A stretch of DNA of 64,000 bases from an uncultured Pseudomonadota bacterium. GTDB taxonomy: Bacteria; Oederibacteriota; Muellerivitia; Muellerivitales; Muellerivitaceae. Positions 48,701 through 56,812 of this stretch are shown piece after piece (the stretch's first letter is position 1; every line of letters begins with the position of its first letter). The notes beneath the pieces were generated by a model. The model made no database searches, had not been told where the DNA came from, and worked only from the letters and a program-made list of their open reading frames with translations. The position numbers and the translations under genes were made by a program. Location: NCBI GenBank assembly GCA_963843375.1, contig CAWJKT010000009.1:274218-338217 (forward strand), in the 5' to 3' direction.

Positions 48701-49498
48701 AACACGATGACGAATACGCCGAGTTATACCGTCACTAACACACAAACGGATACAGCCTCTTCTACCTCGAGTTCGACGGCCACGGCTACACCGATCAATA
48801 CAGCCACAAATACTTCAACTTCCACAGTTACAATTACACCCACCAGTATTCCGACTCAGACCGCTACGAATACCTTCTTCAATCCTTTTATCGAAACTCC
48901 CACCAATACCCCGACCAGCACGCCTGTGAGTTCAAGCACAAATACGCCAACCTCGACTGAGACGAACACCTTGACCGCGACTTTAACGGGGACATCTTCC
49001 GGCTCAACCGGTTTCGCCCTAACTGCGACTCAAACCAGCACGCCTACTCCAACACCCACTGATACTTCCACAAGCTCTTCCACCGCCACGATCACCTTAA
49101 CTGCGATTTCTTCATTTACCCAAACGGCCACGGTTTCCGGCACGCCGATGGCGACTGAAACCCCTACCCCGACTTCAACGCCCAATACCGTTCCCATTTT
49201 GGCCCGGCCTACTCCGGGTTGGTGGGTCGCCCCCAATTTTTCGCATGGAGGGGAGCCCATCAACTGGCAAGTGGTTTTAACCAGTCCTTCCGAAATCATT
49301 GTTGGTCTTTATGATGTGGCAGGGGAACTTGTCTTTAAAACGAGCGTTCAAGGCAATGTGGGGTTGAATACTATTTCCTGGAAACTACAAAACCAATCAG
49401 GGCAAAGGGTCTCCAATGGGCTTTATATTTATTACATCCAGATACCCCAAGGATTTTCACTTCGAAATCCCTATGGCAAAGTTATGGTCATTAATTGA
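45785..49498 (+). CDS. Secreted S53 (sedolisin/kumamolisin) protease: prodomain, catalytic domain, Thr/Pro/Ser stalk, C-terminal FlgD-Ig/T9SS-CTD-like domain
   Basis: EVSLD, AAGDDG, GTSCAAP, GYDLATGWGSP; C-terminal PN...YDVAGELV...W...GLYIY...KVMVIN. Confidence 0.9.
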   Translation: MVVVQKFWPLLSLALLLWWPDAYAGAAGRQQLQGHVPKAIATAPRIGPLDPSVQLKLVLSLPLRNHAELQELLKQLYDPRSPQYHHFLTQGQFEERFGPAEKDYQALISFARSNHLNIIATRPSHLVLEIQGRVDEIQKIFQVRLGQYQRTDGSLFFAPENEPSIDLDVPVLHISGLDNYQRPRPAVHVKGIHSWAAGNVSGNVFPLARRTATPTPTSGTATPTPTPGTGSAPSGLFWGKDFRNAYVPGVCLTGTGQSVALVEFEGYYANDIQGYENLAGLPNVTLTNVPLSGFTLDTTDSDGIVEVSLDIEMAISMAPGLSQVRVYELSDTSTNAEADMLLDQIYSDGATISINQISCSWTGFGDAATSNYFEDFASRGQAFFQAAGDDGAYVEGDPTPTVPSPINLNSNIQMTVVGGTELTMNGAGQSYLSETTWNAPLSGVTYASGGGICSEVSIPSYQQTVPMTANGGSTVLRNIPDVSMVADNVFVIADNDYVSNNNYSYYSVVGTSCAAPLWAGFYSLASQQAAEGGVTLGFANPLVYPVGLGGNYTSDFNDITTGNNNLDGNSELYSAMTGYDLATGWGSPKGQNLINALTNSTPVGCTITPTITLTPTNTPKNSPTQTTTNTATNSATHSPTPTTTTTPTFTPTFTVSVTPTFTPSATSTASPTNTPSNTSTKTPISTLTNTITNTPSGTPTITQTNTSSSTPTLSPTVTPSNTATSTSSGTPTNLPTGTSTDTPTESPSNTLTATPIFTSTNTITNTPSGTLTSTQTNTSTSTPTLSSTNTPVNTPTNTASGTSTPLPTSTSTVTPTNTPSQTLTITPISTSTNTMTNTPSDTATSTQTNTVSLTQTPSPTNTTSFTPTSTASGTSTPLPTASPTDTPSNTLTGTPIPTSTATVTNTPSSTPTSTQTNIASATPTLSSTNSPSNTVTSTSSGTPTNIPTQTPTATPTDTPSSTLTPTPISTSTNTMTNTPSYTVTNTQTDTASSTSSSTATATPINTATNTSTSTVTITPTSIPTQTATNTFFNPFIETPTNTPTSTPVSSSTNTPTSTETNTLTATLTGTSSGSTGFALTATQTSTPTPTPTDTSTSSSTATITLTAISSFTQTATVSGTPMATETPTPTSTPNTVPILARPTPGWWVAPNFSHGGEPINWQVVLTSPSEIIVGLYDVAGELVFKTSVQGNVGLNTISWKLQNQSGQRVSNGLYIYYIQIPQGFSLRNPYGKVMVIN
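47805..48860 (+). repeat. About 5 degenerate tandem repeats of 204-216 nt (68-72 aa) inside the S53 stalk
   Basis: Thr-Pro-Ile anchors at 47828, 48044, 48260, 48464 and 48680 (spacing 216, 216, 204, 216). Confidence 0.85.
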
Positions 49499-49622
49499 AG
49501 CGATTAATTTAAAAGAATAATTTTGACTTTAAACGGGCCTTTTTTTAGTGCTGAAACCTTCCGCCTTTTGGAACCGTCTTATTAACAAGATCCGTTTTCT
49601 AAGTGTTCCAAGGAGGTTGAAA

Positions 49623-49868
49623 ATGAAAAAGCTACTTTTTTCAGCGCTGTTTGTTTCTTTAGCCATGGCGGGCACAGCCAAGGCCGCAGTATTCGTGAAC
49701 GCGGACGTTTGTCCGGTGCCCGGAGTCCGTTTGGTTTTGCAAAACAGGCCGGTCGTGACGGAAGTCGTAGCAAACCCTTATAGGCGTGTGGTTTGGATGA
49801 GGGATTACTATCGTCACCGGATCATCCATCCATATTATGATCGATGGGACCGCTGCTATCGTTATTAA
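49623..49868 (+). CDS. Small secreted protein with Arg/Tyr-rich C-terminus
   Basis: AGGAGG RBS; MKKLLF...AKA signal peptide. Confidence 0.7.
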   Translation: MKKLLFSALFVSLAMAGTAKAAVFVNADVCPVPGVRLVLQNRPVVTEVVANPYRRVVWMRDYYRHRIIHPYYDRWDRCYRY

Positions 49869-49891
49869 GACGTTCGATTATTGATCCGAAA

Positions 49892-49935
49892 CCGTCATGC
49901 AAGGCGGGGCCCGTGCCCCGCCTTTTTTATGACGG
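49892..49935 (+). terminator. Intrinsic terminator
   Basis: AAGGCGGGGC/GCCCCGCCTT stem plus T tract. Confidence 0.8.
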
Positions 49936-50040
49936 GAGAACAATTCGAGAAATTTAAACCTTCAAATTAATCAGGTTTGACCTTTCTATGCTTCCGGCCG
50001 GACTACCCCTCGTTCAAGCTTTCACTTACAATTGACCGCT

Positions 50041-50589
50041 ATGGAAAACCGCCTCCACATTTACTATGGATATGGCAAAGGCAAAACCACCTCCGCCGTT
50101 GGTTTGGCGGTTCGGGCCCTCGGGGCCGGGAAAAAGGTCGCCTTGATCCAATTTGACAAGGGATATGATGGGGTTAACGAACATTATTCCGAGCGAAAGA
50201 TTTTGCGACAATTAAAGGGTCTGGAACTTTACCCCCACGGGAAAGAAAGGGTTTTAGGGCCCCATGCTTTTCGTTTTAAAAATGAATCGGGTGATTTCGA
50301 AGAAGCCCAAAAAGGATTGACCCAAGCGAAAGAATTGATCCTTTCGGGAAGCCAAGACCTGCTCATCCTGGACGAACTGCTGGCGTCGGTTATGACCCGA
50401 CTGGTTACCCAAGAGGAGGTCATGGAACTGGTGGCCCTTTATAACCAAGAACGCCGATGTGAATTGGTCTTCACGGGACATCAAGTTTGGCCTGAACTGG
50501 TTGAAAAAGCCGACTTGGTGACGGAAATGCGAAAAGAGAAGCATTACTTTGATCAGAAGGCGCCCTCAAAAGAGGGAATTGAGTACTAA
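50041..50589 (+). CDS. cobO: Cob(I)alamin adenosyltransferase, CobO/BtuR family
   Basis: YYGYGKGKTTSAVG, ILDE, ELVFTG, ADLVTEM, GIEY. Confidence 0.9.
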   Translation: MENRLHIYYGYGKGKTTSAVGLAVRALGAGKKVALIQFDKGYDGVNEHYSERKILRQLKGLELYPHGKERVLGPHAFRFKNESGDFEEAQKGLTQAKELILSGSQDLLILDELLASVMTRLVTQEEVMELVALYNQERRCELVFTGHQVWPELVEKADLVTEMRKEKHYFDQKAPSKEGIEY

Positions 50590-50610
50590 GTATAATTAGC
50601 GGTTGTCAGT

Positions 50611-51279
50611 ATGGCCAACAAAGGCGGAACATTGAAGACACATAAACTCCATTCAGCCATCCCCTATTTTATCTTGGTCGCTTTGCTTGGAATTGTTCCG
50701 GTTTTAAACAACAAATACCCCTCCGGATTTTTTCCCTCGATCTCCCCTTGGTGGGTGGAAGTTGGTTCGACTTTCTTGGGGATTGCCGCCGCTACCATGG
50801 GATTCATAAGGCTGTGGGCTTTCCTGGAAAAACGGGCGAGGGCCAAGGTTTTAGTGTCCGAAGCCATCGCATCCCGCCATGCTGTTGAAAATCCTTTGGA
50901 AAACGACCTGGCTACCGTTGGAAGGTTCATTTCCCGATTGGTGCGAAATGTAGATCAGGATTTGAAGGAAATTAACCCGGATTTTTCGATGAATTCGCTT
51001 GGGCGTCTCGGCGGGTTTTTACCCAATCTTTTGGAAGAAATTGAGTCTGAGGAAGACGCCCGCATCCGTTTGGGGGTGGTGGGGGTTTATTTAGGGGAAG
51101 TCGCCTGCCGAAATTTCCAATGGCAATGGCATTTCAAAGCCGACCCCGAACTGCATCAATTCAGTTATTTAGCCTCGAATGTCCAGAGAGGGGAGAAGAA
51201 ATTGGACCCTTACACTTGGGCGGCAAGTTTGATGGTCGGTAAAGGGCGCATACCCGAGTTTATGGAGGAAATAAAATAA
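50611..51279 (+). CDS. Hypothetical protein with two N-terminal TM segments
   Basis: 222-aa ORF co-oriented with neighbours; hydrophobic N-terminus. Confidence 0.65.
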   Translation: MANKGGTLKTHKLHSAIPYFILVALLGIVPVLNNKYPSGFFPSISPWWVEVGSTFLGIAAATMGFIRLWAFLEKRARAKVLVSEAIASRHAVENPLENDLATVGRFISRLVRNVDQDLKEINPDFSMNSLGRLGGFLPNLLEEIESEEDARIRLGVVGVYLGEVACRNFQWQWHFKADPELHQFSYLASNVQRGEKKLDPYTWAASLMVGKGRIPEFMEEIK

Positions 51280-51287
51280 GGCTTCTA

Positions 51288-52004
51288 ATGATTGGCGGAA
51301 AAAGAATCCTCGGGTTAAGGAAGTTTGACTTCCTCAAAGCGCTCCAAAATAGATTGTTTTTTTGCGTAATGGCGGTTCTGGTAATAGCGGCTGACCCAAT
51401 GGAATTGGCGGCGATGAGCGATTCCCAATTAATCCACGTTACCGGGAATCTCTTGAGGCCAACGTACCACCATGAGTACAGCACCGAACAAATCGAGGGC
51501 ATGAGCGGTCTGCAGGCTCCCAGCCGGGCGGCCCAGGAACCGGGGCTCACTTTATTCGAGTACGAGATATCTTCCCAATACGAAATGACGGAATCGGGGC
51601 CGAATCCCAATGGCCCGCTTCGGGTTTGGGCCAAATCAATCGACGTCAATTTTTCGATCACAAGGATGGAAGTTTACATTTCCAACAAATATCCCAGGGG
51701 GAGCTGCCAATATCAGACCATCTTGGGGCATGAGAATACCCATGTGGCCATCAACGAAAGGGTTTTCAAAAAGTATAAGGCGCTTTTAATACAGGCTTTG
51801 AGAAGAGATCGGGCCCTGCCGACTCGATCCCATCCTCTGCGAGTATCCTCCGAGCAGGAAGGAGAGGATATATTGGATCGAAACATCAAAGGGATTTTGA
51901 CGCCCCTTGAGAGGCGCTTTCAAGCGGAAGACCGCAGGGAAAACGCGAGAATCGACACGCCCGCCAATTATGCGCGCACGCAGGCCAGGTGCCGGGATTG
52001 GTAA
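51288..52004 (+). CDS. Secreted DUF922-like putative Zn-peptidase
   Basis: Hydrophobic leader; HENTH (HExxH) motif. Confidence 0.55.
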   Translation: MIGGKRILGLRKFDFLKALQNRLFFCVMAVLVIAADPMELAAMSDSQLIHVTGNLLRPTYHHEYSTEQIEGMSGLQAPSRAAQEPGLTLFEYEISSQYEMTESGPNPNGPLRVWAKSIDVNFSITRMEVYISNKYPRGSCQYQTILGHENTHVAINERVFKKYKALLIQALRRDRALPTRSHPLRVSSEQEGEDILDRNIKGILTPLERRFQAEDRRENARIDTPANYARTQARCRDW

Positions 52005-52032
52005 TGTGAAAGCTGCTAGCTTGGCTCAAAAT

Positions 52033-53040
52033 TTACCGTGAAGCGATTTGGGTTCCGGGAGTGAACTTCTCGACTGAATGGTTCACGGGTTTGACCTGTT
52101 CGTGCAGGAAATCATAAATAGCTCCCAAATCTTCGTCGGTCATGGCGCCATATTCACCCCAGGGCATGAAAGTGTTGAATTCTCCCGGTTTTACCGGGGT
52201 GTGGCGATCCGCCATTTGTTTTCCCAGCCGGAAACGCTTAATGAAGTATTCCTTTGTCCAGTCCCCGATGCCTGTTTTTTTATCAGGTGTGATATTAGCC
52301 GTCCGCAGGGTGGAACCGTCGGGAAAGTGGAATTCCATTCCGCCCGCGAAGTCCATTCCCGGCTGAGGATTACCGTGGGCATCCACGGGTGTGTGGCAAT
52401 CCAAACAAGCCGTGGCATTGACAACGTAACGTGCATAAGCGGCTTTGTTCTTCGGATTCGGAGCGGGGGCAAAGGGCCCGGCGTCCATCGGAATGGTTTT
52501 GACGATTAAATTCAGAGGGAAATCCAATTTTGTCGGGGGAGGATCATAAGCGATGGGTTTTAAAGTCCGGATATAGGCCACGATGGAATAGAGGTCTTCC
52601 TGGCATAACTGGCTTAAATGCTGGTAGGGCATCACGGGGAAGAGGGCTGTGCCTTGTTTGGTCACCCCGGTCCTCAGGACGCGGACGATTTCCCCGTCCG
52701 TCCAGTTCCCTAGGTTATAAGGGGTGATGTTCCTGGAATAGAGGGTTCCCGGAAGTCCCATAAGCTGGTGGTCGAATTTAAAGCCGCCCTGGCCCAAGGT
52801 CTCTTCCTTGAGGGGGAAATTAAATTGGTTCAGGCTCCGGTCCGAGTGGCAGCCGAAACAGCCGGTCACGTTTTCTACCAGGTACTTGCCCCGGATCAGC
52901 CGGGCTTGGTTGGATTCGATTTTAATGTTATCCGCTGGGCTTACTTTTGGAAAGGACGCGTTGAAATAAAGTATTCCGCCCGTTGTTGCCGCCACCAGAG
53001 CCAGCGCAAGACCGCCCAGAACTTTCAAGAATAGCTTCAT
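52033..53040 (-). CDS. Membrane-anchored diheme cytochrome c
   Basis: CFGCH and CLDCH; duplicated NITP...G.WT...MP...DL.AI. Confidence 0.92.
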   Translation of the reverse strand: MKLFLKVLGGLALALVAATTGGILYFNASFPKVSPADNIKIESNQARLIRGKYLVENVTGCFGCHSDRSLNQFNFPLKEETLGQGGFKFDHQLMGLPGTLYSRNITPYNLGNWTDGEIVRVLRTGVTKQGTALFPVMPYQHLSQLCQEDLYSIVAYIRTLKPIAYDPPPTKLDFPLNLIVKTIPMDAGPFAPAPNPKNKAAYARYVVNATACLDCHTPVDAHGNPQPGMDFAGGMEFHFPDGSTLRTANITPDKKTGIGDWTKEYFIKRFRLGKQMADRHTPVKPGEFNTFMPWGEYGAMTDEDLGAIYDFLHEQVKPVNHSVEKFTPGTQIASR

Positions 53041-53124
53041 TTTTTTCCCCAGATCACTGACGATTTTTGTCGGAGGAATAATATTATGGAAATCTTGAAT
53101 CGGGAAAGAAAAAACAGCGGAAAT

Positions 53125-53155
53125 AAAAAAGCCCCCGGGGTTGTCCCCGGAGGCT
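53125..53155 (-). terminator. Intrinsic terminator after the cold-shock gene
   Basis: Minus strand GCCTCCGGGG-ACAA-CCCCGGGGGC-TTTTTT. Confidence 0.8.
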
Positions 53156-53176
53156 CTTCATGGCGTCACAAAATCC

Positions 53177-53377
53177 TTAGATTTTGCGGACGTTCTCGGC
53201 CTTCAAACCCTTTTGGCCTTGGGTGACTTCGAACTCAACCCGGTCACCTTCGTTGAGGGTCTTAAATCCATCCGATTGAATCGAGGAGAAGTGGACGAAT
53301 ACGTCCTCGCCTCCATCTTGGGAAATGAAACCAAAACCCTTCTCGTTCTTAAACCACTTCACAGTACCTTGTGCCAT
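53177..53377 (-). CDS. Cold-shock protein (CspA family)
   Basis: GTVKWF, KGFGFI, DVFVHFS. Confidence 0.97.
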   Translation of the reverse strand: MAQGTVKWFKNEKGFGFISQDGGEDVFVHFSSIQSDGFKTLNEGDRVEFEVTQGQKGLKAENVRKI

Positions 53378-53538
53378 GCTGCAACTACCTTTCTACTAAT
53401 AAAAATTTTAATCATCCACGGGGGCCCCGAAGACGGTGCCATCATACAAGAATTCATTGGAAATGATAGAAAAAATCTAGGAATTGCCTTGAAAAAACCT
53501 GCCTACAACACAGTTTTACCATAAGGTTAAACATGAAG

Positions 53539-53730
53539 TTATTCAAGGCTGTCCCGGGTGCCTTCGTCCATCGACTCGTAAGATTCGACCGTCTCCTGAA
53601 GAGCGGGCAATTCCTCCTGCAGGATTTGCTCGCTTGAGGAGACATTATGAAAATCATCACCCGGTCCTGTTCCTCCAAGTACCCAATCGCTTCGCCCCCC
53701 CTTCTTGCGGTCCCCTTTCGCAGTATCCAT
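53539..53730 (-). CDS. Small acidic hypothetical protein
   Basis: 63-aa ORF only. Confidence 0.3.
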   Translation of the reverse strand: MDTAKGDRKKGGRSDWVLGGTGPGDDFHNVSSSEQILQEELPALQETVESYESMDEGTRDSLE

Positions 53731-53739
53731 CTATCATTA

Positions 53740-53845
53740 AAAAAGCCTCAAAATCGCCCTATCCTAAAAGCCTAATCACCTTAGGGGATCACATCCGAAT
53801 GCGCCGCCTTGACCTGGGTCTGAGACAGAAGGAGGTTATGATAGG
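53740..53845 (+). pseudogene. XRE/HTH_3 regulator N-terminal fragment
   Basis: PYPKSLITLGDHIRMRRLDLGLRQKEV, after which similarity stops. Confidence 0.6.
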
Positions 53846-54063
53846 TGGCCAGTGGCAACTGCCATCCGGTGAAAAGAAAGTAGACGTAGAAAAGCTTCAC
53901 GAAGACCCAAAGAGACATGCCCACTTCCGGTATCGGAGCGTCTTTTTTCCCAGCCATCTCCGCCAGCATATTGAATTTACTTACCTCCATCAGGGAAGTT
54001 ACGACAAAAATAAGGCTGAAATGGATTTTACCTATCTATCAAGAGTTCGGTATGAATAAACAT
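53845..54063 (-). pseudogene. DoxX-family membrane protein remnant
   Basis: AAGGAGG RBS and ATG 54063; LLIDR*/FSLIFVV...KF...MAGKKDAPIPE...FTGW resembles the DoxX N-terminus, with a stop and frameshift. Confidence 0.5.
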
Positions 54064-54198
54064 TAATCTCCTCCTTGGTTTTTCTACGGCTGGGTATAAG
54101 GTAAAGTCATGGATTTTTGGGATTAAGAAGGAACTTGAAGGTGCTCAACTTATCCTAGTTCGGGCCTATGGAGAGTGTTGTCAGGAAGCCACACCGGC

Positions 54199-54363
54199 AT
54201 GGATTACACTCCCGACGTCTTCAACAAAGACTGCCCTTCTCAAAATGTGTTGAACTGCGAGGCAGACCGCTGGGTCCCCCTGATCATCTGAAAACTGGGT
54301 AAGGGAAAAAAGGAATTGGGAACTCAAGCGGACCATAGGTAGCATCTCCCAAAAGATGCTCTG
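54199..54363 (+). pseudogene. HxlR-family winged-helix regulator remnant
   Basis: MDYTPDVFNKDCPSQNVL...DRWVPLII*KLGKG/ELKRTIGSISQKML with stop, frameshift and 3' truncation. Confidence 0.75.
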
Positions 54364-54622
54364 GGAGCGAATTTTCATAGGGTAGAAGCTGGCCTATAAA
54401 CGTTTTCGGTGGGAGTGATAAACGCTTCCATGTTTTTTAGGGCCTAAAAACATTTTTCTGGTGCCCGATAAAAGGGTTTTTAAAGAAACTTTAGACAATG
54501 TTCATTCGTCAAACTAATTAGGACGATTCTTTATTAATTTTATGGCTTTTTTCTCCTTGATTTTAACTGGCCAAGAATTCAATAATAAATTTGTCTTTAA
54601 AAGAAAAAGCAAGGTAGCGACG

Positions 54623-54949
54623 ATGCGTAAGAAGATCAAAATCTACTCCCAAATTCTAGCCATAGCCCTGTTACCTGCTTTTGTTATGAGGCCCGTTGTT
54701 GTGGCTGTCCATAACGGTTCAATCCATGCCGCTGACCAACAAGAAACCAAAGTTTTTCCAACTATTCCACAGGTACTTTCCGCGCCCCATTTGGCCCTTC
54801 GTAACATTGAAAGAGAAGCCCCAGATGTTACGGTTTTGGTCCCCCGGATTTCCAAAGTAAAGGCCACTTTGCTTTTGGAAAACCAATTAAGTTTTACTTC
54901 GGTCTCGGTCGTTACCTCTCCCAAGAGTTTCCTCGTACTTAGAATCTGA
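54623..54949 (+). CDS. 108-aa putative leader protein (N-terminal hydrophobic segment, C-terminal FLVLRI)
   Basis: AAGGT RBS-like sequence; MRKKIK followed by a hydrophobic stretch; first ORF of the cluster. Confidence 0.55.
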   Translation: MRKKIKIYSQILAIALLPAFVMRPVVVAVHNGSIHAADQQETKVFPTIPQVLSAPHLALRNIEREAPDVTVLVPRISKVKATLLLENQLSFTSVSVVTSPKSFLVLRI

Positions 54950-55054
54950 AAATTCCTTTCGTGTAATCCCCAGCCGGGTTTTTCTTTTACCCCGGTTGGT
55001 TATTCGCGCGTACTTTTAGCGCACGAAAATATCCTAACGAAAGGAAATTCAATG
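54947..55054 (+). promoter_or_regulatory. Putative SD-sequestering RNA structure
   Basis: TTCCTTTCGT (54953-62) is the exact reverse complement of ACGAAAGGAA (55037-46, the SD); TGAA (54947-50) pairs with TTCA (55048-51). Confidence 0.6.
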
Positions 55055-55483
55055 AAACGTGAAGAATTCTTATTAGGTGTCTCGATCTACACCTTGATCA
55101 TCTTGGCCGGTTTCTTCAGGCAAACCCTTCAAAAGCTTGAAAATAACCCCTTGGGCAAACCGTTTTATTCGCTTGCCCAGTATCATTTCCGGCCTTCGGT
55201 TCATCTATCCAACCAAAAGGATAAAAAACCTTTGCTGGATTCAAATTTTCGACAAATTTTTTCGTCTGACAGCGCTGTTTCTATCTCTGCCAAGACGCAA
55301 GATTCCATCCGGCATAACCTTGAGGAGAATTGGAAAAGGATGGCGTCCCATCCGGCGGGCTTGGGACAGGAAACCGAATCCAAAGTTGATATTCCTCCGC
55401 TTTTGGGTCGCAAGCCTGATCCGAAAGGGATGCCTGTTGTGGGTGGGAAGGCTTCCAATGGTGAAGAACCAACTAAAGGTTGA
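55052..55483 (+). CDS. Hypothetical protein with N-terminal TM anchor
   Basis: GAAAGGA RBS; single hydrophobic segment. Confidence 0.65.
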   Translation: MKREEFLLGVSIYTLIILAGFFRQTLQKLENNPLGKPFYSLAQYHFRPSVHLSNQKDKKPLLDSNFRQIFSSDSAVSISAKTQDSIRHNLEENWKRMASHPAGLGQETESKVDIPPLLGRKPDPKGMPVVGGKASNGEEPTKG

Positions 55484-55505
55484 TGAAAAGTCAAAAGGAG
55501 GGGTT

Positions 55506-55817
55506 ATGCAAATTGCTTTTGATAAGAAACTGGAAATCAATGAGCATCCCGATTGTTTGATATCCCTTTTGATCAAGGAAATCCTATGGAAAGAGGCGTT
55601 GGATTCTGACAGCCAGTTGAAAAGTTGGTTGAGGGCTGTTGGTAAAGTCGAAGTTAAGGATTGGGGAAATTGGTCCCGCTTAACCCATCAGGTTGTGTTG
55701 AACTCCATCACGAAAAATATCTGCGCCACCTTGGAAAGGCGCTTATCGGATTTGGAAAGGCATATCCTCATGGCGAACGTACATAAGTTTGTCGAAATTT
55801 ACGGCAAAAGATTTTAG
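55506..55817 (+). CDS. Hypothetical protein
   Basis: AAGGAGG RBS before ATG 55506. Confidence 0.6.
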   Translation: MQIAFDKKLEINEHPDCLISLLIKEILWKEALDSDSQLKSWLRAVGKVEVKDWGNWSRLTHQVVLNSITKNICATLERRLSDLERHILMANVHKFVEIYGKRF

Positions 55818-55853
55818 ATGTTTTTAGGTTTTAATTTTGAAAGGAGATAAGTC

Positions 55854-56285
55854 ATGTTAACACTAAAAAGAATTTTTTGGCCATTCGCCTTTTTAAGCAT
55901 GGGGCTGATGGCTTTTGGTTGTGGAAGCACCAAGCGGGTTCAAAGCGAGGAAATTCCGGGCAAGTTTATGTCGAATGAGCCGATTGCTACGCAAAAGGCG
56001 AACCTGATGGGGTCAGGGACCTACATTGTTCAAAAGCGGGATTGTTTATGGACAATTGCGGCCCAGCCCAGGGTTTTCGGAGATTCCTTCGAATGGCCCA
56101 TACTTTTCAAGGCCAATCGGGATCAGATCAAGGACCCGGATTTGATCTATCCTCGCCAAGATTTACGCGTGGAAAAGGGCCTCTCCATGGAAGAGATGGG
56201 CAATGCTAAACGGATGGCATCCGCTACCCCGAAATATGTGCCTCATTCCAAACCCAGGGAGACGCTGCCGGTTGATTATTTTTAA
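55854..56285 (+). CDS. LysM-domain lipoprotein, paralog of 18831-19376
   Basis: Lipobox AFGC; LysM; identical PRETLPVDYF ending. Confidence 0.9.
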   Translation: MLTLKRIFWPFAFLSMGLMAFGCGSTKRVQSEEIPGKFMSNEPIATQKANLMGSGTYIVQKRDCLWTIAAQPRVFGDSFEWPILFKANRDQIKDPDLIYPRQDLRVEKGLSMEEMGNAKRMASATPKYVPHSKPRETLPVDYF

Positions 56286-56470
56286 GATCTAATCTCCCAA
56301 CTTAGGCCCGGCCCGCAGCACCGGGTCCTAGCCCGGCTCCCAAGGCCGGGCGAATACTCCATGTCCGGCTTCAAACGCCTGGGCTGGAAATAGTTGTCGG
56401 GAAAGGGGTCCGGCCCGCCTGCCCATGGGCCGGTTCTCTTTTCGTTTATATTTTAATTAAAGGAGTGGGT

Positions 56471-56653
56471 ATGAAAAAGTTGATCGCATCACTGGTGACG
56501 GTTTTTTTCCTGGTGGCGGTGTCAGGACCTGTATTTGCCGATAGTTCATCGCCAGCCAAGACGCCGGTTGCGAAATCGATGAAGAAAAAGAAGAAAAAGA
56601 CAAAGAAAAAAAGTAAGGCCATGAAGCCCAGTTCCACACCTATGGCCAAATAA
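56471..56653 (+). CDS. Small secreted Lys-rich protein (Asr-like architecture)
   Basis: AAGGAG RBS; signal peptide ending VFA; poly-Lys disordered mature part. Confidence 0.75.
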   Translation: MKKLIASLVTVFFLVAVSGPVFADSSSPAKTPVAKSMKKKKKKTKKKSKAMKPSSTPMAK

Positions 56654-56812
56654 AAAAATTGTCCGGGCCCCGGGATTACCCGGGGAACCCGCAGGGGGGT
56701 TGAAGGAATCAATCTTCCGGTGGGTTCGGAATGTTTTTTCCAGAAACGGACCATAAGAAAACCCGTCTTATTGGGGTATTCCGGGTGAATAAAAAAATAC
56801 TGGAGGGTTTAA

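Noticed and set aside
47580..49190. CRISPR array or non-coding repeat
   Set aside because: The repeats are degenerate, in frame and protein-coding, with no repeat-spacer pattern.
49936..50040. Cobalamin riboswitch upstream of cobO
   Set aside because: Too short and no B12-box.
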